This document shows positions 1-10,251 of a DNA stretch of 64,000 nt, in pieces. Location: the NCBI GenBank assembly GCA_964270895.1, contig OZ185437.1; one strand, written 5' to 3'. Made by a program: the position numbers and the translations under genes. Positions within the stretch are counted from its first letter, which is position 1. Each line of letters starts with the position of its first letter. Below the pieces are notes generated by a model that worked only from the letters and a program-made list of their open reading frames with translations, searched no databases and was not told the origin of the DNA. This DNA is from Podarcis filfolensis. Taxonomy: Eukaryota.

Positions 1-2110
1 AAAGCACGGCCTGGGTTAACATGGGTCGAGGCAACTGACATCCAAAATGGTCAAACCATGAACTTCGTAACACATACAATCACTACAGATCTTAGTACCA
101 CCATCACATAGATTTAATGTTAATGTAATGCCAATGGAAGGCATGCATGCAAGCTATCTGGCTAACACACTGAATCTTACTCTAATCTTGTATATAATTT
201 ATTCTAATGAATAATCTGAAGAGATCCAAATAATGACTAGTATTTTACCTTGGAAACCTCTTAAGATGTAGAATACCCTGCATTTCAACACTGCTTAGCT
301 TCCAATACCATTACCATGAATTCAGATGGAAAGAGAAATGAAGTTATGGGTTGTTGTTTTTTTTAAAAAAAATCAAGACAAGACCACGTATTATTATACT
401 ACAAGAATCTTCTATGGGGTCTTTGTTACATTCTGAAATGTCAAACAGGGTGTCTGTCTGGACACTGTTTCCCCCCAGAATAGTCCTTGGGAGAGGTTAG
501 GAGTAGGTCTCAGACTTGCACACTCCATCCCTTCATTTTTCCCTGTGGTGGGAAGAACAACTGAACTAGACAGTAGGCCTCTATTTGTGTATTAATTCAA
601 GGTATCACAGTCCACTTGCCAATCAGCTTTCTAAGACCAGAAAAGAAAGCATGGAGTTAGGTAACTACTGAAATGAATTGTGATTGCCGCAGAATTGCAG
701 ATGTGGAAGGAATTGCCATCAGATAGTCTTTTCATAAACTACATTCAATAACTATGATATCCCTAAGTTTAATTCTCTGTAGCCAACTTTTTAATCTTTC
801 TCCCTTCAAAAACATCTGAACTACCCCACATTTAGTTTTTACATATGGCGAAGAGAAAATTAGGGACACCATATGGCAATGGTTTTATTGCTTCTGGCAG
901 GCAAACATGGGAAGTTTCAGAATATCTCCTTGAATTTTCTCTATAACAAGTATTTTTGACCTCCAATTTCTATCTCAGCATACTTTATGGCAAACATCTG
1001 GCCAATTCTCCTTGGGATTGTCTAGGTAGTTCTTGTAACAGTACACATTAAGTGTGTCAGGAAGAATGGATAGTTGTGGGTGCAAAGAAAATTGCAAAAC
1101 ATAAAACCTGCTCAACATTAAACAAGGGTAAGAAAGCCAGAGAAGATAACTTGTAGTAAGAATTCCTGGGACAGAAGTATCAATAAGCCTATTGTGACGT
1201 CCATTGGAAAACTAACTGCACAGTAAGTTTTCCAAACCACAAAAGTATTTTATTTCTGACATCTACAAGCTAGGATAGTGGGTTATATTTTTCCCTTTAA
1301 AAGTTTTGCTTTAGAAGGTATCAGAAAGAATATAATATTGCCATGGATTGGCCTAACTTTTCCAGCTAAAATATCACATTTGGAAAAATATACCACAACC
1401 CAGAGGATCTCATCCCATTATACCTAATTAGGTAGCAATTTCTAAGCCAGACCAACATTACATGGTGAGTACACCTATTCACATCAGATGTGCATGCCAA
1501 TGTTAGTAAGCCGACTTGCACTATGCTCCGACAAGCGATCAAATAAAGCAAAGCAATACTAAAATATTTTGTTTTTATTTATTCTGTTGCAGAACTCACC
1601 CAAATTGCAAATTTGTAGCAAGGCCCCAGCATGAAAGTATAGAATGAAAGAGATACAAACAGAAAACGACAGAGCAGTGATGAAAGGTTAAGCTTTATGT
1701 CAAGGGAAGAACACCCTGGAAGTCCATTATATCTAACATTTTTGTGCCATGCACGCTTGGAAAAGGCTCAGCAAAAATAGCAAGACCACACATCCATATA
1801 CTGAATAAACAGTACAAAGTGTCTGCAGTTTCAGGAGTTTCCTTTAAACAAACATGCACATGCAAAGAGAGGACTTTGGTTTGATCTGTGTTTAAACCCT
1901 ACGAAAGACAACTGCGTGACAGGAACTTTGCTTCAATTTACACTGCGCTAAACGTTTACCCATTTCAAAGGAGCACAAGGCAGGAAATTTTTAAGCCTCC
2001 AAAGAAATCCTTCTGAATGCCCTTTTGCACATCAGGTAGAGTTGTAACAGCATCTCATCTCATAAATGAAATCAGCATTTTGTTCACAAAAACAAAACAC
2101 CCCAACTCAC

Positions 2111-2254
2111 CTGAGGGATCAAAGGAAGTGCCGCCAGGAGAAGGTGAGGGTGATGCTCCAAAAGCAGCTTCAAAATTGGGCTGTAGTATATTAGCCTGAG
2201 CTGGAGTAACAGGGGAAGGTGAAGGAGAAGGAGCAATAAAAGAACCCCCAAAAC
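2111..2254 (-). CDS. SNAP91: Exon 23 (144 nt)
   Basis: GFGGSFIAPSPSPSPVTPAQANILQPNFEAAFGASPSPSPGGTSFDPS; ccacag| ... CAG|gtgagt. Confidence 0.95.
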
Positions 2255-4645
2255 CTGTGGAAAAATGAAGGAGGGAGAAATGAGAAAGTAATTAGATAAC
2301 TACTAAAAGCTGGCCAGCACACACAGATCTGAATACTCTTAAGGGGCAAAGCAAATTTTTGGATACATGGTACTATTTCTTGCTTTACATAGCAGAACAG
2401 CTGGGGACTGTTGCACATCCATCCTCTCAGAACACTTTATGGTAGGACTTAATACTAAAAAAAACCCTCTTGTCCTGATCAAACTATTAGGGATCAAAGT
2501 GGCTTGCTGTATCATTTCCTTCCCTTCAGTACTTAATTGCTGCAAGATCAATTTAGAGCTGAGATAAGGTTTGATGTAAGAGCTTGCACACTTACTGCCA
2601 ACAACTCAAAAGTTACTTTTGACCATTTGCTGTGATTCTACATTAGAGGGAAAAAGAAACTCTAATAATTATATAATCACTTGCGAAATATATAGACCAG
2701 CTTTATTCATTGTTTGGAGCCTGCAAGTGTCCCAAGCTAGGAATAATACAGTGAAGGACATATGATCTCATTGGACACATTATGGTACACATGGCTATCC
2801 TGCTCTTTTGACATATTTGTGTACTGTACTATCAAGGTACATTTTCTGAATCAGAGAACACTCCAATATTTTGCTACTCCTTTTACTGCCCTTCTAGTGC
2901 ATTAGTTCTGAGAAATTCGTAAACATCGTCATCTGCGTAGCAGCCATGAGTTAGTTAGCAATTATCTAAGCTGGAGGGTATATTTGCGCACACATTTCAA
3001 TTATAAACCCCATTTTCACTCATTGCATTAACTTGAGCAAAATAAACAATTGGCAGTAGGCAAGAGAAGAGGGCTGAAGCAGTAATGTGCTTCCTTTGGG
3101 CTGCAAGGCAAAATAATACAGCTAAGAAGGCTTAAGTCAGTCTTATTACTAAGGGTCTGATAAAGCCATAAAAGCCTTCAAGAACTAGAAGCCAAAGCAG
3201 GAGTGGAAAACCACCTTCAACCCAAGGGCTGCATTATCCTCTGGGCAGCCTTCCAGGGGAGACCTGCTAGTGGTGGGCAGAGCAATGGATGCAAATTTTA
3301 GCTTTGTACAGTAGGCTAGTTTCTATACACATTAAACACACCCCTCTCTATCCTTCAACCAGGGAAGCAAGAGGTGCTATCAGAGTTCAAGGGCACTATC
3401 TGGCTGTGCAAAAGCCCTCAAGGAGAACGTCTATCGGGTCCATTGAGGGGTGTAACTTAGGGAGAATTCTGAGGGGCAGCTAGAGAGGCCTGAAGGGACA
3501 CATTCAGACCCAGGGCCTGGATTTCCCTACACTTCCAACTTTTTATATCTGCCGCTGCATGAATCAAGAACTAAATGTTTGGCACCTCCGCTTTCATGCT
3601 TTAAAAGCTCTGCCTTTACTTATGTTATTGCTGAAGCCTAATCAAAGTCACAAAAAAGCAAGCACAATTGCATCTATGGTGTAAACGTGCTACTTACTAA
3701 TGGCGTTGCTACTAATAATGAGTAACAGAGAGCATTGCTACTGAGCAGCCCGTGAAATGGATGCATTGTGGGAAAGGACTTTCTACAATACGTTTTAGAG
3801 GTCCAGGTGGAACTGCCTCCACAAGAAAAGGATGCCTCTATACTATAAACATGAAAGGTTGGCTTTGATGAAATATTGTTCTTGTCAGGAAGGCACCCTT
3901 GGAATAGCATTTCTTGTGTTCTCTTTAGAGGTGTGCAAATACAGACAATTCTGTTCTGGACATGCATCTTAGGCAAATAACTACGTCCCCTAATTTTGTG
4001 TGCCTCAAATCAGCCAAACCTCTCTCAGGTCAGGGCTTTTTGTTGTTCTTTGTTTCATTCAAATACATTTTATCCCATTTTTACTTCAAGGAATTTGGGG
4101 CAACATCAAATATCCTGTAAGCACATGTACCACGTTTGATCTGAACAACTGGGTGACACAGACTGCGCTGCATGAGTGGAGGTGGTGCCATGATCAGAGA
4201 GTGGGAATTTTAACCAAAAGATCTCCCTGGTCTTAGTCTAATGCTAACTATGGCACCATGCGGACTCTTAGGATATTAATCTCTAGTTCGTTTAATTAAA
4301 CGTTTCATAGAATAAATTTAGGCTAACGAAAAGCGTCAAAATGATGTCTCTGCAAATACTTTGCTTTCCACTGCCATCAGTAGAACAGAAAAATATCTTC
4401 TTCATCCTGACTGGCTAAACAGAACTAGCAGCAACACAATTCTATTGGCTTAGAACAGTGGTGAGAAATCTCTGGCCTGTAGATTGAAAGTGGCTTACTA
4501 GGCCTCCATATCAGGTTTCTCACATCACATCACTTCCTACTTCCCTGTGAAATTCTACTGAGTTACAGCTAAGCTTTTAGCACTGAAAAAAATGGCTTCC
4601 TCTTTTCTCTGCGTTCCAAGAAAGGCAAGCTAACATGTTTCTACA

Positions 4646-4650
<5 letters not shown>

Positions 4651-4677
<27 letters not shown>

Positions 4678-4690
4678 AGTGAGAGAGAGA
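4651..4690. repeat. (GT)13 microsatellite followed by (GA)n
   Basis: Directly visible. Confidence 0.95.
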
Positions 4691-4968
4691 ACATGACAGA
4701 CAGAGGTGGTGTGTGTTTTGACTCCACCCACTTGAGCAGGTGGTCCTCAACCACTTCCCTTACCCAGAAGGAATTTAGCACTGCAGAGGCCTAATGTTCC
4801 CCACCCCTGGCTCAGAGTCATGTTTTCTAATGCACCAAATGGAGTGAAGCTTGCTGCTTCTGTAAGTGATCACCCAATATCTGTGCTCAAGTAAAGAAAT
4901 ATTAAAAAATATTTTTAAAAAAACTACCACCATGACGTTAAGAATGGCACATAATTGTTTTTCATTAC

Positions 4969-5052
4969 CAGCCAATAGGTCGGCGGAAGCAGAGGAGCTA
5001 GAAGCAGCTTGGGTTGCAGGCTGGGGTTCAGGAGCACTACTTCCAAAAGCAT
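4969..5052 (-). CDS. SNAP91: Exon 22 (84 nt)
   Basis: DAFGSSAPEPQPATQAASSSSASADLLA; ctatag| ... CTG|gtaatg. Confidence 0.95.
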
Positions 5053-5344
5053 CTATAGGTATTTCCATGAGACAGCAATAAAAGGCAAGAGGGTTTAAAC
5101 AATGAGTAGGTTAATGTACAAGTTTGGGGCAAAGCACACAACCCTGGACTACCAAAACAAGACAAGTGCCATTTTTCATGGCTGTAGAAAAACCACCACC
5201 AAGGATATTAGTAAGTTTTGATCACAGCTCTTCCAGAAGAAAGCAAAAGAAAGCTATCCTATACCACCCTACTGAATTACCAGTTTGCATTCGCTGATCT
5301 GAAGCAAATCACTTAGGTACAGTCTAGCTGAAGGAAGGAGAAAC

Positions 5345-5460
5345 CTGTGGCATTCCAGATGTTGCTGGACTCCAGCTCCTCCCATCAGCCCCAGCTGACA
5401 TTGCTAGTAGTCAGGGATGATGGGAGTCTGGTCCAATAACAGCTGGAAGGCCATAGGTTC
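5345..5460. mobile_element. Degenerate foldback MITE of the GGACTACAACTCCCATCA type (related relics near 16530-16620, 20330-20400 and 55720-55790)
   Basis: CCAGATGTTGCTGGACTCCAGCTC...CCCATCA ... GATGATGGGAGTCTGGTCCAATAACAGCTGG. Confidence 0.6.
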
Positions 5461-6143
5461 ACCATTTCTGTCTAAATGGAAGCTCAGCTTTCTGCAAAAA
5501 AAACCAACCCTCCCTTCCCTGCCATCATTGGCAAAGTGACGGAAAGCTTGATTGTACAGAAAATATACACATGTATGCAAATATTTTAGAGGGAAATATT
5601 TTCCAGGCATTGAATGGAAAAAGCATAATTAAGGTACAGTCAAATTCAGATTCTCAAATTTGTAAAAATATGATAAGCTTCCACAATTTTGCCCTTTTGT
5701 ATCAAATTCCACAGAAGTGGAATCAACTGACATATGTCTCCCATTTGAAAACACATCAACAAAAGTTTCTCAACTCCATTCCTTGCTAGTTACTTAAAGA
5801 TATTAGGCAGCTGGAAATAGAAACCACACAAGCAACATAAAAGCATCACTGCAAAGCACTCTATACACACTGTAGGTGAAGAATGTAATAATTCAAGTTA
5901 TTTAAGCAAGAAAGCAATTCCATGCATGAAATGTTGCTGAAATCAGGAGAGATGATGGAATAAATAAAAAGGGCTAATGGTTTATTTTATAGCAAACAGT
6001 TTAAATGCATATTCAGTAACAACATAAAAACTGTAACAAACAAAACTGTTAAGGAACTTTAATTTCTAGTGAAGAAAAATGAAATGGAACTGAAATGAAA
6101 TGAAATGTGAAGTTCTCTAATGGTGAGAAGGAACAATACCCAC

Positions 6144-6227
6144 CACCAAACAGGTCAATCACACCTGAAGACTCCACTTTAGCTGGGGAGGCAGTGGGCA
6201 GGGACGATGGTGCTGCAAATGCATCCA
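6144..6227 (-). CDS. SNAP91: Exon 21 (84 nt)
   Basis: VDAFAAPSSLPTASPAKVESSGVIDLFG; ctgcag| ... GTG|gtgggt. Confidence 0.93.
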
Positions 6228-7100
6228 CTGCAGTAAGCATGATATATTTAGTATAAGCAAATCAGGAGTGATGAGATCCAACTACCTTGGATCCATGAAA
6301 ACACAGTAAATAAACATTGACTTCAGAGATATCAGCACACGTGTTCCCTTTACATTTCTCATGCAGTATCCAAAATTTAGTTCTTTCCACTATAGTACTT
6401 TAAATAAGCATTTTGCAAGCAGTGCAACTATTTTAACACCACACACACACACACTTCCTTGACCATTTCTATTTATCTTCTATACATACAAACTTTATCA
6501 TACATTATTTTTCCTTGATACCCATAAGGATTTTAAATATATTTTATCACTCAGCTGACATCTTGTGATAATGTCTCATCTATGAAATCAACTCACTGAC
6601 CCCAAAAGTATTTTTTATCACAGGGAGAAATTTGCATATGCAAGTCTTTCCCCCAAAATTCCCTGTATCTACCAAGTCATGCTACCACTACTACTTATCC
6701 TAATCATTGTCGTGACACATCTGCAGTATGATCTTAAGTATGCCCACTAAATCAGGAGTTCTATTGAGTTCCAGGTCTCTACGGAGTCTGCTTAGCACTG
6801 CCACTTCTTTGTTTTCCAGACTTCCTTGCAACCTTTATTGTCCTTGCCACACATAGCAGGTGGTAAGATTCAAACCCAATGGGACTTCCTGGAAATAATT
6901 TTCCAAGTACTCTGGGAAATGTTGTTGCACAAGTTGCTTCAAACTTTGACGAAAATGCACACAGAGGAGAGATCAGCTTTGTATCGATGAAGAAAGTAAC
7001 CACTGACTCTTCAGCAGCTCAAACTGAGTTGTATTGAAACAAATTTGGGAAGGGAAGGGTTGTGCTAAGTCATGTGAGAGAAAGCAACAAGCACACTCAC

Positions 7101-7172
7101 CAGATAAGAGATCACCAGTTAGAGAACTCTCAGGCACAGGAGAAGCTCCAGTTGGTGGAGAAGAAAAAGCAT
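7101..7172 (-). CDS. SNAP91: Exon 20 (72 nt)
   Basis: DAFSSPPTGASPVPESSLTGDLLS; tgcaag| ... CTG|gtgagt. Confidence 0.95.
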
Positions 7173-7323
7173 CTTGCAGAAGACAAAGAAAAACCAAGTA
7201 GAAAACAAATGAAGATTGGAAACAGAGAGAGATGCTTCACACAAAATACTGGTCAAAATAGAAAAGCAATTAAGAGAAGGAGGAGTTTGGGTTTTTAAGG
7301 GAAAGGATAGTACTATTCTTTAC

Positions 7324-7404
7324 CTGTACCAAACAGGTCTATGCTAGGAGTAGCGTCTGGCTTAGGTGCTGCAGAGGCATCAGTGGGTGCAGACTCAAAC
7401 AAAT
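7324..7404 (-). CDS. SNAP91: Exon 19 (81 nt)
   Basis: DLFESAPTDASAAPKPDATPSIDLFGT; cttag| ... CAG|gtaaag. Confidence 0.95.
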
Positions 7405-7617
7405 CTAAGATCAAGAACACACATGTCTTTAACTCATTTCTGGGAGACAAGACTTGGCAGTTTTTGCAGCTCCAACATGGAATTTTTTTTTTGTTTCTTT
7501 CCAATTGTCACAAACAGTACACGTGCAAAAGATTGTTTGCATATGCTGTACATCCAGGATCAATTCCCCCAGAAACATTCTTTTTTAATTAACAAAAAAG
7601 AGTTAAAAACAAATTAC

Positions 7618-7908
7618 CACCAAAGATATCTAGAGCAGGAGTAGGAGCGGAGGAGGAAGTGGTGGTGGTGGTAGTGGTAGTAGCAGACGTGGTAGCAGTA
7701 GTGGTAGTGGCAGTGGCCGTAGTAGTAGCAGTAGTAGCAGGGGTTGGAGGGGCCACGGCAGCAGCTGGAGTAGGAGTAGTTGCGGGAACTGAAGCGGCTG
7801 CACTAGTTGTAGGGGTAACTACAGGAACGCTGGTCTCGGTGGGCTTCATAGCAAAGAGGTCCAGCTCTGGAGCAGCCTCTGCACTGCCTTCAGATGGGGC
7901 AAAGGGGT
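7618..7908 (-). CDS. SNAP91: Exon 18 (291 nt), Thr/Ala-rich
   Basis: DPFAPSEGSAEAAPELDLFAMKP...PTPALDIFG (97 codons); tacaag| ... GTG|gtaatt. Confidence 0.95.
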
Positions 7909-8419
7909 CTTGTAAAAGGAAAGGGCACAATATATACATGGGATCAGTAGGGAGGGAGATGGGGAGAAACCACACAGAGTGTGGATTAAAACCACACACA
8001 CACAGAGAGAAAAATATATAATATATTATGCATACACACAAAACACAAAAAGATCATTAGCTAAGCCTCCACCATCTTTGCCATGGGGTAAATAAACACA
8101 GCTTTCCCCACCCCACCCCTAAAAAATAAGGTTGTTTTTTTTAAGCTTCTAAAGTTATAGTAACTCTGTCATAACGTTATGGTAGCAACCACAGGAAGAA
8201 ACCCACTGACTGACCTTTAACGTTCGGCATTGTTAGGATGTTTCAGTTAAAAAGGGGGTGGGGGGAACTTCACTGGAAAAGAATAAAAATTAACCACATT
8301 TTCTCTACACATGCTCTGGGGTCTACAGATTTGCGGGGGGGGGGGGCTGCTTGATAGATTAGAACTACCTCCCAAGCTGTTGGAGAAAAGATTAAAGGAA
8401 GTTATAGGGTGGTGGGGGG

Positions 8420-8453
<34 letters not shown>
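8420..8453. repeat. (GA)n microsatellite, read as (UC)n in the pre-mRNA
   Basis: Directly visible. Confidence 0.95.
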
Positions 8454-8532
8454 CAAACATACTGCCATGTAGTTTATTTCAACAGTACGACAAACACGAC
8501 AATGACGGACTAGCTAATGAGATGGAACCCAC

Positions 8533-8640
8533 CATTTCCTGAGCATGCATCAAGAGCTGCTGCTACAGGGGTTGGGGTAGCTGGTGCTGCTGCCCCTTCA
8601 GCTGCTGCAGGGGCTTCACCAGGAGAAGCTGCAAAGGCAT
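8533..8640 (-). CDS. SNAP91: Exon 17 (108 nt)
   Basis: DAFAASPGEAPAAAEGAAAPATPTPVAAALDACSGN; ttcaag| ... ATG|gtgggt. Confidence 0.94.
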
Positions 8641-8857
8641 CTTGAATGCAGTTTTAGGAACAGAAATTAAAGAAGGATTAAAAGAAGAAGAAAATATAGT
8701 AAAAAAAAAAAAGAAAAGAACCAGGTTAAAAATGGCATAGAAAAGATTCCCTTATACAAACTGGAAAGGCAAGGGTGTTGGCGGGGAGGGCCCCACCTGA
8801 GTTTTTTGGGTTGTTGTTTTTTGTTGCAGGTAGTTTTGTTTGCTCAATCAACTTGTA

Positions 8858-9302
8858 CAGTGGTGCCCCGCAAGACGAATGCCTCGCAAGACGGAAAACC
8901 CGCTAGACGAAAGGGTTTTCCGTTTTGGAGGTGCTTCGCAAAACGAATTTCCTATGGGCTTGCTTCGCAAGACGAAAATGTCTTGCGAGTTCCTGCGGGT
9001 TTTTTTTCCTCCCCCCCCCTTTTCCCAAGCTGCTAAGCCGCTTAACAGCTGATCCGCTAAGCCACTTAACAGCTGATCCGCTAAGCCGCTAAGCCGCTTA
9101 ACAGCTGATCGCTAAGCCGCTTATCAGCTGATCCGCTAAGCCGCTTATCAGCTGATCCGCTAAGCCGCTAAGCCGCTTATCAGCTGATCCGCTAAGCCGC
9201 TAATAGCGCTAATCCGCTAATGGGCTTGCTTCGCAAGACAAAAAAATCGCAAGACGAAGAGACTCGCAGAACGGATTCTTTTCATCTTGCGAGGCACCAC
9301 TG
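8858..9302. mobile_element. Tc1/mariner-type (Tigger-like) MITE with an internal tandem array
   Basis: TA TSD (8856-8857 and 9303-9304); TIR CAGTGGTGCCCCGCAAGACGAA with 2 mismatches in 22 bp. Confidence 0.9.
9032..9220. repeat. Tandem array, 24-bp unit GCTAAGCCGCTTAACAGCTGATCC with extra GCTAAGCC 8-mers
   Basis: Six CAGCTG-containing units are directly visible. Confidence 0.9.
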
Positions 9303-10009
9303 TAGTAGGTGAGGATGCAGAGACAGTCTGAGGGTCACAGGCAAGATATGCAGGATAGCGAATTACGACCATATATTCATTGTATAAGGGTTCTGAATAG
9401 CATGCTCATGTAACAACCAAAATAAGGTTTTTTAAAAATAATGGACCAAAATAATGGACTGTATACAATTAGGATAAAAAATTGTAATTAAGACATTAAC
9501 ATTGTCCTATTCTGTCAAGCTCTCTCATACGTATCTGAACAATAATTCTAAATCTGGGGCATTTCTTAAGATTTAGGAACCAAACTGTGCCAGCAGGCTT
9601 CAACTATTTGTACAATAAACTGCAACAATTCCTGATTTTATGGCAATAGGAATGCAATAGTGATGTTCACTTGCTCTAAATAGCTCTTGCAATGTGACTT
9701 GAATTACACTGATATTCCAACATATACAGCCTACGCCCTAAGGAGATGAATTACTAGAAAAATAATAATCATAATCTTACACCGAGCATATAGCATCTTC
9801 TTAGAATTATATAATTACAGTTTTTGGTTATACTGTCCTAAGCAGTTTGACACCCTTTTCTTACATACTATCATCCATACACCATGGGTATCTAATAATG
9901 CCTTTGTGCAATAATGGAAATTACTCTAAAAATTTCTACAGTCATAATCCAGCAGTAGTGTGGGATTTTCTAACCTAGACTGTTTTCCATTATCAGGATT
10001 AATCTAATA

Positions 10010-10251
10010 CAGTCGTACCTTGGAAGTCGAACGGAATCCGTTCCAAAAGCCTGTTTGACTTCCAAAATGTTCAAAAACCAAATAGCAGCTTCTGATTGGC
10101 TGCAGGAAGCTTCTGCGGCCAACTGGTAGCTGCACCAGACGTTCAGATTCCAAAAGAATGTTCGCAAACTGGAACAATCACTTCCAGGTTTGCGGCGTTC
10201 TGGAGCCAAAATGTCCAAGTTCCAGGGCGTTCGGGATCCAAGGTACGTCTG
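10010..10251. mobile_element. Tc1/mariner-type MITE (242 bp)
   Basis: TA TSD; TIR CAGTCGTACCTTGGA with 1 mismatch in 15 bp. Confidence 0.88.

Noticed and set aside
1-2110. Expected 15-nt VFDGL-type microexon and later SNAP91 exons
   Set aside because: I found no matching AG...GT segment; they probably lie beyond position 1.
7659-8021. 120-aa Val/Ala-rich ORF on the + strand
   Set aside because: It is the antisense reading of the Thr/Ala triplet repeats of exon 18.
9032-9220. CRISPR-like array
   Set aside because: The units are contiguous with no unique spacers, lie inside a eukaryotic MITE, and have no cas genes nearby.
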